This document shows positions 45,841 through 56,046 of a DNA stretch of 64,000 nucleotides, in pieces; the stretch's first letter is position 1; each line of letters opens with the position of its first letter. The DNA comes from Alphaproteobacteria bacterium (GTDB lineage Bacteria > Pseudomonadota > Alphaproteobacteria > Bin95), in assembly GCA_964291285.2 (NCBI GenBank), contig OZ219785.1, positions 928,001-992,000 of the forward strand, read 5' to 3'. The notes under the pieces are model-generated. The model worked only from the letters and a program-made list of their open reading frames with translations. It was not told the DNA's origin and did not search any database. A program made the position numbers and the translations under genes.

Positions 45841-46269
45841 ATGAAGCAAGCCTTTCTGATCGGCCCGGCGTTGGCGGCGTGTCTCTTGGCCGGCAGTTGC
45901 GTAAGCAACGATGTGGGCGGGAACATTCGTAATGCGGATGGAAACGAGGTCTGGAGTTGTAACGACCGGTTTTCGTCGGTCGATACCATCGTCTTGACGC
46001 GCCATCTGCAGGACGGTCGCGATGTCGGCACCGGCGCGGTGCAAACGGCCGGCGTGACGCGCTCGGCGCGGTTCCACATAGACGGCATAGAGCGGCGGTG
46101 GGATTGGGGCTCAGGAGGCGGCTCTGAGGGTACCGGCTACCTGTACAGTTTTACGATTGACGCCAGTGGTGAAGGCAAGTTCTATAAGTTTGGAAGCGAG
46201 GACCGAGTCAAGCCGAGCGGCTTCTATGAATGTCACACCGGATCAATCTTGGAGCAATTATTGAAATAG
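45841..46269 (+). CDS. Hypothetical secreted protein or lipoprotein
   Basis: Signal peptide ending LLAGSC; lower GC; GGAG RBS. Confidence 0.65.
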   Translation: MKQAFLIGPALAACLLAGSCVSNDVGGNIRNADGNEVWSCNDRFSSVDTIVLTRHLQDGRDVGTGAVQTAGVTRSARFHIDGIERRWDWGSGGGSEGTGYLYSFTIDASGEGKFYKFGSEDRVKPSGFYECHTGSILEQLLK

Positions 46270-46314
46270 CGGCCATTGACTCGCGGCTCGTATCGGTGGG
46301 AGTATCTGTCCGCC

Positions 46315-46482
46315 ATGACGCGAAAAGGTAAGTGCGCGGCGTGCAAACAGCCGCTTAGCGATTTTCCGACCAAAAAATGTGTTCGGCGGCGCTGGCGCGG
46401 TCGGTGGCTGCACCTCTGCCCGCATTGCGCGCCGGCGAGAGACTATATTCGCAGGCGAATGAGAAGCGCGGGCGCGGACTGA
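46315..46482 (+). CDS. Small basic CxxC...CxxC putative zinc-ribbon protein
   Basis: CAAC and CPHC; upstream 42 bp homologous to the upstream region of the 45841 gene. Confidence 0.45.
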   Translation: MTRKGKCAACKQPLSDFPTKKCVRRRWRGRWLHLCPHCAPARDYIRRRMRSAGAD

Positions 46483-46611
46483 TTTTCAGTAGATTGGCCG
46501 GGGCGACCGGAAAGCCGCAAATTCGTAAGCGCCGCTGAACCGCCGCCGGCCCCGCATTTGCAGCAATTGCGCCGCCTTGCTATCTCCCTCGGGCATCGGG
46601 GGAGCGAATTC

Positions 46612-47835
46612 TTGCGCATCGAAGTGATCTGCACCGGGGACGAAGTGCTGACCGGCAAGACCGTCAACACCAATTTCAGCCGGCTCAGCCGGCGCCTGAC
46701 CGAGCTCGGCATGCCGGTGGTGCGCGAGACCACGGTGGGCGACGACCGGGCGGAGCTCCGGGCCGCTTTCGACACCGCCGCCGGGCGGGCGGATGCGGTG
46801 ATCGTGAACGGCGGGCTCGGCCCGACCGTGGACGACCTCAGCCAGGAGGTGGCGGCGGAAGCGGCGGGCGTGGCCCTCGGACTCCGGCCCGAATGGCTTG
46901 AAAACATTCAGGCCTTCTACCGCCGGCGCAACCGCGAGATGCCGCCCAACAACCGCAAGCAGGCCATGCTGCCGGAGGGCGCGGAGCTGATCGACAACCC
47001 GGTCGGCACGGCCTGCGGCTTCGCGCTCGACATCGGCGCGGCACGCTTCTTCTTCACCCCCGGCGTGCCCTCGGAACTCGACCGCATGGCCGAGCACGAA
47101 CTGATCCCCCGCCTGCGCGCGATGAGCGGCATCGACGCCGTCATCCACCTCAAGCGCTTCCACTCCTTCGGGATCGGCGAGTCGCGCGCCGACCACCTGC
47201 TTGCCGGGATCGAGGCGATGGACGCGCAAGGCAGGGTCAAGCTCGGCTTCCAGTCGCACTACCCGCAGCTGGAGACGAAGCTCGCCGTCGCTGCGCCGAC
47301 GACAGAAGCGGCGGCGGCGCTGCTGGAGCCCATCGAGGCGGAAGTGCGCGCGCGGCTCGGCCACTTCATCGTCGCCGAGGACGACGGCACGCTGGAGGGC
47401 GCGGTCCTCGACCTGCTGCGCGCCTCGGGCGGCACGCTCAGCGCGGTCGAGACCGGCTCGCAGGGCGGCCTCGCCGCGCGCCTGGCGGCGGCCGACGAGG
47501 AGGGCGGGGTCTTCCTGCGCGCGTCCTCGGGCAACAGCGCGGCCGCCGTGGCGCGGCCGCTGGGCCTGCCGGAGGACGCCTCGCCGGTCGAGCTCGCCGA
47601 GGGGGTGCGCCGGGCCGACGGGGCGACGCACGGCCTCGCCGCCGCTGTCGATCCGGGGACCGGGGAGGTGCGGATCGCGCTCGCCGGACCGGACGACGGC
47701 TTCGAGCGCCGCGCGCTGCTGATCGGCGGCCCGAGGCGGGCGCGTGAGGGCGGCGTCGAGCTCGCGCTCGACTGCCTGCGCCGCCGCCTGTCCGGAGCGC
47801 CGGCGGACCAACGGATCGATTTCGAGAAGGCCTGA
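46612..47835 (+). CDS. cinA: CinA-like protein (MoCF domain with a degenerate CinA C-terminus)
   Basis: GDEVLTG..VNTN, VGDD, GGLGPTVDDLS, NRKQA and PGVPSE. Confidence 0.85.
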   Translation: MRIEVICTGDEVLTGKTVNTNFSRLSRRLTELGMPVVRETTVGDDRAELRAAFDTAAGRADAVIVNGGLGPTVDDLSQEVAAEAAGVALGLRPEWLENIQAFYRRRNREMPPNNRKQAMLPEGAELIDNPVGTACGFALDIGAARFFFTPGVPSELDRMAEHELIPRLRAMSGIDAVIHLKRFHSFGIGESRADHLLAGIEAMDAQGRVKLGFQSHYPQLETKLAVAAPTTEAAAALLEPIEAEVRARLGHFIVAEDDGTLEGAVLDLLRASGGTLSAVETGSQGGLAARLAAADEEGGVFLRASSGNSAAAVARPLGLPEDASPVELAEGVRRADGATHGLAAAVDPGTGEVRIALAGPDDGFERRALLIGGPRRAREGGVELALDCLRRRLSGAPADQRIDFEKA

Positions 47836-47875
47836 GCGCGGGCCGCGCGCGGGACCCTCCGAGGGAGCGAGTTCG

Positions 47876-48592
47876 ATGAGCCTGGTGCTGTTTCTCCACG
47901 GCGAGCATTTCACCGCCATGGGCCGGCCGTTCCTCGACCGGCTGGGCGCGGGCCGCGAGCTCCATGCGCCGCTTCATCCCGGCTATGACGGCGCGCCGCC
48001 CGACCCGGACTTCCGCACCGTGGACGACCTCGCCTACCGCTATCTCGACCTGCTGGAGGAGCTCGACGCGCGCGACGCGACCGTCGTCGGCGCTTCGCTC
48101 GGCGGCTGGATCGCGCTCGAAATGGCAGTGCGCGACCGCTCGCGCATCGCCCGCATGGCGCTGCTCGCCCCGGTCGGCGTCAAGCTCTCGGGGCGCGAGG
48201 AGCGGGACTTCGCCGACCTTCCCTTCATGCGGGAGGCGGAGGCGGCCCGCGCGCTCTTCCACGATCCCGCCCGCTGGGCGCCCGACCATGCCGCACTCGA
48301 CGAGGCGGCGGTGGAGGCGCTTGCGCTGGAGCGCCAGTGGGCGGCCTGGTACGGCTGGAAGCCCTACATGCACAATCCCGTGCTCGGGAACTGGCTGCAC
48401 AGGGTTGCGGTGCCGACGCTCCTGCTCTGGGGCGGGAGCGACGGCTTCGCGGCGCCCGAATACGGCCGCAGGCTGGCGGCGCGGCTGCCGGACGCCCGGT
48501 TCGAGACGATCCCGGACGCCGGCCATTACCCCCATATCGAACGCGCCGATGCGGCCGCTGATGCGGTTCTGGCCTTTATGGAGAACGCATGA
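47876..48592 (+). CDS. Alpha/beta hydrolase
   Basis: FLHG, GASLGGW, WGGSD and AGHYPH. Confidence 0.88.
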   Translation: MSLVLFLHGEHFTAMGRPFLDRLGAGRELHAPLHPGYDGAPPDPDFRTVDDLAYRYLDLLEELDARDATVVGASLGGWIALEMAVRDRSRIARMALLAPVGVKLSGREERDFADLPFMREAEAARALFHDPARWAPDHAALDEAAVEALALERQWAAWYGWKPYMHNPVLGNWLHRVAVPTLLLWGGSDGFAAPEYGRRLAARLPDARFETIPDAGHYPHIERADAAADAVLAFMENA

Positions 48593-49743
48593 TGCAGGTC
48601 TGGCATTTCAGCGAGATGGCCTACCACCCGGGCTGGGAGTTCCTGAACGAAGGCCTGCGCAACGTGATCCCGAGCCGGGTCTACGACCCGGAGGTCGGCG
48701 CCGACCTCTACCACCGCTATCTCGACGAATGGGCGCTCTGCGACCGGCTCGGCCTCAACATCATGGTGAACGAGCACCACGCGACGGCGACCTGCACCAC
48801 CTCGGTCTGCACCATCCCGATGGCGATCCTGGCGCGCGAGACCGAGAAGGCGCGGCTGCTCTGCCTCGGCATGCCGATCGGCAACCGCATGGACGCGGTC
48901 CGGGTGGCCGAGGAATACGCCATGCTGGACGTGATCAGCCGCGGCCGGGTGGAGATGGGCTTCGTGAAGGGCGCGCCGTTCGAGATCAACCCCGCCAACT
49001 CCAATCCGGCGGAGCTGGAGGAGCGCTTCTGGGAGGCGCACGACCTCATCGTCAAGGCGATGACGACCCATGACGGGCCATTCAACTGGGAAGGCCGGCA
49101 CTACCACTACCGGGAGGTCAATGTCTGGCCGCGCCCCTGGCAGCAGCCGCACCCGCCGATCTGGATGACGGTGGCGAGCCCCGGCTCGGCAGCGCGGATC
49201 GGCCGCAAGGGCTATGTCATTGCCGCGCTGAACACCGGCTATATCCACACGCCCGTGGTCTATGGCGCCTACCGGGAGAGCGCCGCCGAAGCCGGCATCG
49301 CCGCCGGTCCGGACCGCTTCGCCTATCTCTGTATTATCGGCGTCGGCGAGACGGAGGCCGAAGGCAGGCGGCGCGCCCACCAGATCCTCGATTACAGCCG
49401 CACGACCCCGCGCGTGCAGCCGCAGTTCTTCTATCCGCCCGGCTACTCGCCCGCCGGCCCGACTGCAGCCATGATCCGCAGCGCCGAACGCCTCATCCAG
49501 CGCCGCGACGGGTCGAGCTTCCTGATGCAGGACGGCACGGTGGAGGACTTCATGGCCGCCGGCGTCGCCTTCGCCGGCACGCCGGCGCAGGTGGTCGAGC
49601 AGGTCGAGGAATTCGCTGCGGCCGTCGGCGGCTTCGAGCACCTGCTGATGATGGGGCAGGGCGGCTTCATCAGCCACGAGGACACGGTCGCCAACCTCAC
49701 CCTGTTCTCCGAAGAGGCGCTCCCCGCCATCGCCGGGCTCTGA
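48589..49743 (+). CDS. Luciferase-like (LLM) flavin-dependent oxidoreductase
   Basis: NEHH, RVAEEYAMLDVISRGR, PRPWQQPHPPIW and AGTP. Confidence 0.92.
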   Translation: MMQVWHFSEMAYHPGWEFLNEGLRNVIPSRVYDPEVGADLYHRYLDEWALCDRLGLNIMVNEHHATATCTTSVCTIPMAILARETEKARLLCLGMPIGNRMDAVRVAEEYAMLDVISRGRVEMGFVKGAPFEINPANSNPAELEERFWEAHDLIVKAMTTHDGPFNWEGRHYHYREVNVWPRPWQQPHPPIWMTVASPGSAARIGRKGYVIAALNTGYIHTPVVYGAYRESAAEAGIAAGPDRFAYLCIIGVGETEAEGRRRAHQILDYSRTTPRVQPQFFYPPGYSPAGPTAAMIRSAERLIQRRDGSSFLMQDGTVEDFMAAGVAFAGTPAQVVEQVEEFAAAVGGFEHLLMMGQGGFISHEDTVANLTLFSEEALPAIAGL

Positions 49744-49817
49744 GCCGCCTTCCCGCTTGCCGCACGGGGGCTGGCGGAGGACAATCCCGGCTCCTGCGAG
49801 AGGGAGGAGACGAGGCC

Positions 49818-50777
49818 ATGTCGGTCATTCTGGGCAGCGGCGAGCACCGTTACCGGGTCGTGGAGGACTGGGCGAAGCTGCCCGAGGGCTGGGAGTTCCG
49901 CGATGTCGCCGCGGTCGCGGTGGACGGCAAGGACCAGGTCTATGTGTTCAACCGCGGCGAGCACCCGATGATCGTCTTCGACCGCGACGGCAATTTCCTG
50001 CGCTCATGGGGCGAGGGGGAGTATCCGCGCGCCCACGGCATCCATGTCGGCCCGGACGAGACGCTCTACCTCACCGATGACGGCAACCACACCGTCCGGC
50101 GCTGCACGCCGGAGGGCAAGGTGCTGATGACGCTCGGCGTGCCCGGAACGCCTGCGCCCTTCATGAGCAACGAGCCGTTCCACCGCTGCACCCACACCGC
50201 GATCTCACCGGACGGATACCTGTTCGTCACCGACGGCTACGGCAATGCCTGCGTCCACAAATACACGCCCGACGGCAGGCTGGTGAAAAGCTGGGGCGAG
50301 AGCGGCTCCGGCCCCGGACAGTTCAACATCGTCCACAACATCACCGCCGACGACGACGGCTGGCTCTATGTCGCCGACCGCGAGAACCACCGCGTCCAGG
50401 TGTTCGACACGGAGGGGCGCTACGAGGCGCAGTGGAACAATCTCCACCGGCCCTGCGGCCTCTACATGCCGCGCGGCTCCTGCCCGCACTGCTTCATCGG
50501 CGAGCTCGGGCCGGGCATGGCCGTCAACCGCCACCATCCGAATCTGGGCCCCCGCCTTTCCATCGTCACGAACGAGGGCGAGCTTGTCGCCCGGCTCGGC
50601 GGCGAGGACGGGCCGGGGCTGGAGCCGGGCAAATTCCTCGCCCCGCACGGCGTCGCCGTGGACAGCCGGGGCGACATCTATGTCGGCGAGGTCGCCTACA
50701 CCAACTGGCCGGCGAGCTTCGGGGACGAGCCCCGGCCCCGCTGGCTGCGCACGCTGCAGAAGCTCGAAAAGGTCTGA
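49818..50777 (+). CDS. NHL-repeat protein (peptidyl-alpha-hydroxyglycine lyase-like)
   Basis: AHGIHV, TDGYGN, GQFNIVHNI, VADRENHRVQVF and PHGVAVD repeats. Confidence 0.88.
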   Translation: MSVILGSGEHRYRVVEDWAKLPEGWEFRDVAAVAVDGKDQVYVFNRGEHPMIVFDRDGNFLRSWGEGEYPRAHGIHVGPDETLYLTDDGNHTVRRCTPEGKVLMTLGVPGTPAPFMSNEPFHRCTHTAISPDGYLFVTDGYGNACVHKYTPDGRLVKSWGESGSGPGQFNIVHNITADDDGWLYVADRENHRVQVFDTEGRYEAQWNNLHRPCGLYMPRGSCPHCFIGELGPGMAVNRHHPNLGPRLSIVTNEGELVARLGGEDGPGLEPGKFLAPHGVAVDSRGDIYVGEVAYTNWPASFGDEPRPRWLRTLQKLEKV

Positions 50778-50784
50778 GGCGCGC

Positions 50785-51702
50785 ATGGTCCCCGAACCGC
50801 AACTCATCGAGACCCGCATCCACGCCGCCCTGCCGGACGAGCTCCGGATTACGGACCGCGAGAGCGCCTTCACCCGCGAGATCTTCCGCGGCCACCGGGT
50901 CGGCTCCTTCCTGGAAGGCCCGGCCTTCGACGGCGCCGGCAACCTCTACATGGTGGACATCGCCTTCGGGCGCATCCTGAAGCTCGCTCCCGACGGCGGC
51001 TGGTCGGTGACGGCCGAATATGACGGCCATCCCAACGGCATGAAGCTGCACCGGGACGGGCGTCTGTTCGTCGCCGACCGGCAGAACGGCGTCATGGTGG
51101 TCGATCCCGTGAGCGGCAAGGTCGAGACCTTTTTCGGGCGCGACCGCCTGCCCGGCTACAAGGGGCTGAACGACCTCTTCTTCGCGTCCAGCGGCGACCT
51201 CTACTTCACCGACCAGGGAACGAGCGGCCTCCACGACCCGACCGGGCGCGTCTTCCGGCTGTCCGCCGCCGGCAAGCTCGACTGCCTGGTATCCAACGCG
51301 CCGAGCCCGAACGGCCTCGTCATGAACCCGGCCGAGACGGAGCTCTATGTGGCCGTGACCCGCGACAACGCCGTCTGGCGGGTGCCCTTCCGCGAGGACG
51401 GCACGGTGCATCGTGTGGGCCTGTTCTGCCGGCTCATCGGCGGCATGGGGCCGGACGGCATGGCCGTGGACCGGGCCGGCAATCTCGCCGTCGCCCATGC
51501 GGGCGGCGGGCAGGTCTGGCTCTGGTCGGCGGCCGGCCTGCCGACGCACCGGGCGGTCGCCTGCGACGGCGGCGCGCTCACCACCAACGTGGCCTATGGC
51601 GGGCCGGAGGGGCGCACGCTGTTCATCACCAACTCGCTCAGCGAGAATGTGCTGACGGCGGAGATGCCGGAGCCGGGCGAGCCGATGTTCGGGCCGGGCT
51701 GA
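50785..51702 (+). CDS. SMP-30/gluconolactonase family protein
   Basis: LEGPAFD, PNGMK, NDL, YFTD, PNGL and PDGMAVD. Confidence 0.9.
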   Translation: MVPEPQLIETRIHAALPDELRITDRESAFTREIFRGHRVGSFLEGPAFDGAGNLYMVDIAFGRILKLAPDGGWSVTAEYDGHPNGMKLHRDGRLFVADRQNGVMVVDPVSGKVETFFGRDRLPGYKGLNDLFFASSGDLYFTDQGTSGLHDPTGRVFRLSAAGKLDCLVSNAPSPNGLVMNPAETELYVAVTRDNAVWRVPFREDGTVHRVGLFCRLIGGMGPDGMAVDRAGNLAVAHAGGGQVWLWSAAGLPTHRAVACDGGALTTNVAYGGPEGRTLFITNSLSENVLTAEMPEPGEPMFGPG

Positions 51703-51733
51703 CGGCGGCACACGGGAAAACGGAGGCGGAACA

Positions 51734-52183
51734 ATGACGGGCAAGGCGGTACCGGTCGGCATCAACCATGTCGCGCTGGAGGTGGGCGACATCCAGGAGG
51801 CGCTGGACTTTTACGGCAGCTTCCTTGAACTCGAGATTGCGCGGCAGAGCGAGAAGGCCGCCTTCGTCTATTTCGGCGACCAGTTCATCAACTTCTCGCG
51901 GGGCCGGCGGCAGGGGCCCGACGACAACCGCCATTTCGGCATCGCCGTGGACGACAAGGAGCTCGCCATCCGCCGGCTGGAGGAGATGGGCGTGGCGTTC
52001 CTCGAAGGGCCGTTCACCGATTTCCTCGACCCCTGGGGCAACCGGGTGGAGCTCACCACTTACACGAAGATCCAGTACACCAAGGCCGACCATGTGCTGC
52101 GGGGCATGGGCCTCGGCCATCTCGAAAAGGCGCCTGAGGCGCTGGAGGAGCTTGCCGCCAAGGGCATGGGCCCCGGCAAATGA
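51734..52183 (+). CDS. VOC/glyoxalase family protein
   Basis: GINHVALEV, HFGIAVDD and DPWGNRVEL. Confidence 0.9.
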   Translation: MTGKAVPVGINHVALEVGDIQEALDFYGSFLELEIARQSEKAAFVYFGDQFINFSRGRRQGPDDNRHFGIAVDDKELAIRRLEEMGVAFLEGPFTDFLDPWGNRVELTTYTKIQYTKADHVLRGMGLGHLEKAPEALEELAAKGMGPGK

Positions 52184-52211
52184 CGGCAATCCGGCGACAA
52201 GGAGGACAGCG

Positions 52212-53144
52212 ATGAGCGGGCGTTTCGGGTTCGCACCGGCGGAGGACCGGCCGATCCCCTATCTGGACCGTATCCGCACCTATTACCAGACGCTGGGCTA
52301 CGGCAAGCCCTATGAATGGGCGCATTATGTCGAGACGCCCTTCGCGGCGCTCGCGAAGCCGCTGGCGGAGTCGCGGGTCGCACTGGTCACGACGGCGGCG
52401 CCCTACCGGCCGGACAAGGGCGACCAGGGACCGGGCGCGCCCTACAATGCGGCGGCCAAGTTCTACAGCGTCTATTCCGGCGACAGCGCCTCGGACCCGG
52501 ACCTGCGCATCTCGCACATCGCCATCGACCGCGACCACACCACGGCCGAGGATATCGGCTCCTGGTTCCCGCTTCGCGAGCTCCGGCGGGCAGCGGCGGA
52601 GGGCCGGATCGGGGAGGTGGCGCCGCGCTTCCACGGCGCGCCCACAAATCGCAGCCATGCCGCGACCATCGAGGTGGATGCGCCGGAACTGCTGGCGCGC
52701 TGCCGCGAGGACGGGGCCGACGCGGTCGTTCTCGCCGCCAACTGACCGGTGTGCCACCAGACCGTGAGTCTGGCCGCACGCACACTGGAAGCCGCCGGCA
52801 TTCCGACCGTCGTCATGGGCTGCGCCCGGGACATCGTGGAACATGCGGGCGTGCCGCGCTTCCTGTTCAGTGATTTCCCGCTCGGCAATCCCGCCGGGCG
52901 CCCGCACGACCCGGACTCGCAGCGCGAAACGCTCGCGCTCGCGCTCAGGCTGCTGGAGAACGCGCCGGGCCCGAACACGACGGTGCGCAACCCCCTCCGC
53001 TGGTCTGAGGACCCGGCCTGGAAGCGCGACTACTCCAACATCGACCTCGTGCCGCCGGAGGAGATCGCGCGGCGCCGGGCGGAGTTCGACCGCATCAAGG
53101 ACGTGGCGAAAACCCGGCGCGAAGAGGATGCGGCCGCCGGCTGA
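52212..53144 (+). CDS. GrdB/PrdB-like reductase selenoprotein (Sec at TGA 52743-52745, UxxC)
   Basis: KPLAESRVALVTTA, FPLREL, GRIGEVA and DAVVLAAN-U-PVCHQTVSL..RTLEAAGIPTV continue in one frame across the TGA; SECIS-like hairpin follows. Confidence 0.85.
52746..52788 (+). promoter_or_regulatory. Bacterial SECIS-like stem-loop
   Basis: CCGGTGTGC...CCAGAC-CGTGA-GTCTGG...GCACACTGG directly 3' of the UGA. Confidence 0.7.
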
Positions 53145-53186
53145 CCGGGTTATACCCGGCGGAACCCGCAGGCGAGGAGCGCCGGA

Positions 53187-53981
53187 ATGGAATATGCCGA
53201 CGGCAGGATGCTGGCCGACAAGGACTCCGGTATCGGCTGGATGACCTTCAACAACCCGGCCCGGCGCAACGCCATGACGATGGAGATGTGGCAGGGCGCG
53301 GACGCTATCCTCGCCGATTTCGAGGCCGACCCGGAGGTGCGCGTCATCGTGCTGAAGGGCGCGGGCGACAAGGCGTTCGTCTCGGGAGCGGACATCTCGC
53401 AATTCGAGAAGAACCGCGCCGACGCCGCGGCCGCTGCGCGCTACAGCGCCGCGACCGACGCCGGCCGCCAGCGTCTGGCGACGGCGGAGAAGCCCGTGAT
53501 CGCCATGATCCGCGGCTTCTGCATGGGCGGCGGCCTCGGCATCGCCATGACCTGTGATCTGCGCTTCGCCGCGGAGGGCTCCGAGTTCGGCATCCCCGCT
53601 GCCCGGCTCGGCATCGCCTATAATTTCGAGAATGTGCGCAGCCTAGTGGGGCTGGTGGGGCCGGCGCGCGCCAAGGACATCCTGTTCTCCGGCAGGCGGC
53701 TGCCGGCGGAGGAGGCCTATGCCGTCGGGCTGATCGACCGCGTGCTGCCGGCGGCGGAGCTGGAAGGGCATGTGCGCGACTATGCGGCCGGGCTCGCGGT
53801 CAACGCGCCGCTCTCGATCCGCGCCTCCAAGCTCACCATCCGCGAGGTGGTGGCCGACCGGCAGGAGCGCGAGGCCGGCCTCGTCGAGGCGCTCGCCAAG
53901 GCCTGCTTCGACAGCGCCGACTAACGCGAGGGCCGCACCGCCTTCATGGAAAAGCGCCGCCCGGTCTTCACCGGCAGTTGA
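53187..53981 (+). pseudogene. Enoyl-CoA hydratase family protein with a premature TAA at 53922-53924
   Basis: AFVSGADI, GFCMGGG and PAARLG; the canonical tail D*REGRTAFMEKRRPVFTG continues in frame after the TAA. Confidence 0.75.
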
Positions 53982-54045
53982 GGCCGCGCGAGCCTGCTCC
54001 CGTCCGGCCGACGGCTTGCACGCTTGCCTGGGAAGGACAGAATCG

Positions 54046-55974
54046 ATGGCGAACACCAGCAGCAACACCCCGGCGACCGAGCGCGGCGTCCATCCGCTGA
54101 ATGCGCTGACGCCGGCCGAGATCGAGGCAGCGGGCAGTATCGTCCGGGCGTGGGACGGGTGGACCGGATCGACGAAGTTCGAAACGATCCGGTTGCACTA
54201 TCCCGACAAGGCCGAGTGCCGGGCGGAGATCGCGGCCGGCAGGGCCGGCGGCAGCCGCAAGGCCTATGTCAGCATCTACGACACGGCCGCCGACAGCGTA
54301 AGCGAGCTCATCGTCGATCTCGCGGGCGGTGCGGTGGAATCGGCGACCGATGCGCCGGGCGCCCGGCCGGCGATCAATGTCGACGAGTTCCTGGTCTGCG
54401 CCGAGACGGTGCCGCAGCATCCCGACTTCATCGCGGCGATGGCCCGGCGCGGCGTGACCGACCTCTCGAACATCCAGGTCGATCCCTTCTCGGCCGGCAA
54501 TTTCGGCTTCGAGGACGAAGAGGGCCGGCGGCTGGTGCATTGCCTGGTCTATCTGCGCTCCGATCCGGCGGACAATGGCTACGCCCATCCGGTCGAGGGC
54601 CTGAATGTGCTCTTCGATCTGAACCGGGTCGAGGTCATGCGGGTCATCGACCAGGCGGTCCACAAGGTTCCAAAGGCGTCCTCGAACTACCAGGCCGCGC
54701 GGCCGGAAATCGCGGACATCCTGCGCAGCGACCTGAAGCCCATCGACATCTCCCAGCCCGAGGGCGCCTCTTTCACCGTGGAGGACCGGGTCGTCACCTG
54801 GGCCAACTGGCGCTTCCATGTGGAGTTCCATCCGCGCGAGGGGCTTGTGCTCAACGACATCCAGGTGCGCGGCGGCGAGAAGGCGCCGTGGCGCCCGCTG
54901 ATCTGGCGCGCCTCGATCGCGGAAATGGTCGTGCCCTATGGCGACCCCTCCTTCAACAACTACCGCAAGAACGCTTTCGACGTGGGCGAATACGGCCTCG
55001 GGCAGGTCGCCAACCCGCTGAAGCTCGGCTGCGACTGCCGCGGCCACATCCACTATTTCGACGGCGTGTACACGGTGACGTCGGGCGAGCCGGTTGTGGT
55101 CGAGAACGCCATCTGCCTCCATGAGGAAGACGACGGGATGCTCTGGAAGCATACCGACTACATGACCGACGAGATGGAGCACCGGCGGGCGCGCCGGCTT
55201 CTGGTCTCCATGATCGCGACGGTAGGCAACTACGAATACGGCTTCTACTGGGTCTTCCACATGGACGGGACGCTGGAACTGGACGTGAAGGCGACCGGCA
55301 TCATGAACACCCAGGGCCTGAACGCGGTTTCGGGAACGGACTACGGCACCGAGGTCATGCCCGGCGTGACCGCCCCCAACCACCAGCACCTGTTCTGCGC
55401 CCGCCTCGACATGGCGGTGGACGGCGACGCCAACCGGCTGGTCGAGATGAATGTCGTGCAGCCGCCGATGGGCGAGGAGAACCCGAACGGCAATGCCTTC
55501 CGGGCGGAGCGGACGGTGCTGAAGACCGAGACCGGCCGGACGCGCAATGCCGACACCGAACGGTTCTGGAAGGTGGAGAGCGCCACGGCGACCAACGCGC
55601 TCGGCCGGCCGACGGCCTACCGCCTGCATTCGAACGGCATGCTCCGGCCCTGGTTCCATGCCGGGACGATGATGTCGAAGCGCGCGGCCTTCATCTTCAA
55701 GCATATGTGGTGCACGCCATACGACGCGGGCGAGCGGTTCCCGGCCGGGCGTTTCGTCAACCAGAGCGACGGCTCCGAGACCATCGCAAGCTGGGTCGGG
55801 CAGGGCCGGTCGATCGAGGATGCGGACATCGTGCTGTGGCACACCTTCGGCCTGCTGCACCTGCCGCGCCTCGAGGACTGGCCGGTGCAGCCGGTCGCCC
55901 GCACCGGCTTCCGGCTCGAGGCCGACGGCTTCTTCGACCGCAATCCGACGCTCGACGTGCCACCGGGCGCGTGA
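54046..55974 (+). CDS. tynA: Copper-containing primary amine oxidase
   Basis: HPL..L, DVGEYG, LGCDC, TVGNYEY (TPQ Tyr), HQH Cu ligands and HLPRLEDWP. Confidence 0.95.
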   Translation: MANTSSNTPATERGVHPLNALTPAEIEAAGSIVRAWDGWTGSTKFETIRLHYPDKAECRAEIAAGRAGGSRKAYVSIYDTAADSVSELIVDLAGGAVESATDAPGARPAINVDEFLVCAETVPQHPDFIAAMARRGVTDLSNIQVDPFSAGNFGFEDEEGRRLVHCLVYLRSDPADNGYAHPVEGLNVLFDLNRVEVMRVIDQAVHKVPKASSNYQAARPEIADILRSDLKPIDISQPEGASFTVEDRVVTWANWRFHVEFHPREGLVLNDIQVRGGEKAPWRPLIWRASIAEMVVPYGDPSFNNYRKNAFDVGEYGLGQVANPLKLGCDCRGHIHYFDGVYTVTSGEPVVVENAICLHEEDDGMLWKHTDYMTDEMEHRRARRLLVSMIATVGNYEYGFYWVFHMDGTLELDVKATGIMNTQGLNAVSGTDYGTEVMPGVTAPNHQHLFCARLDMAVDGDANRLVEMNVVQPPMGEENPNGNAFRAERTVLKTETGRTRNADTERFWKVESATATNALGRPTAYRLHSNGMLRPWFHAGTMMSKRAAFIFKHMWCTPYDAGERFPAGRFVNQSDGSETIASWVGQGRSIEDADIVLWHTFGLLHLPRLEDWPVQPVARTGFRLEADGFFDRNPTLDVPPGA

Positions 55975-56046
55975 CGCGCCGGGCTCCGGCCCCTATCCTG
56001 CCCCGCCCGGCGCCCGCACGGCCGGAAAGGACGAGGTATCGCCGCT

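Noticed and set aside
53922-53924. Programmed readthrough or recoding of TAA next to the selenoprotein gene
   Set aside because: Sec uses UGA, and TAA acts as a normal stop elsewhere (10835-10837, 19300-19302); a point mutation or error is simpler
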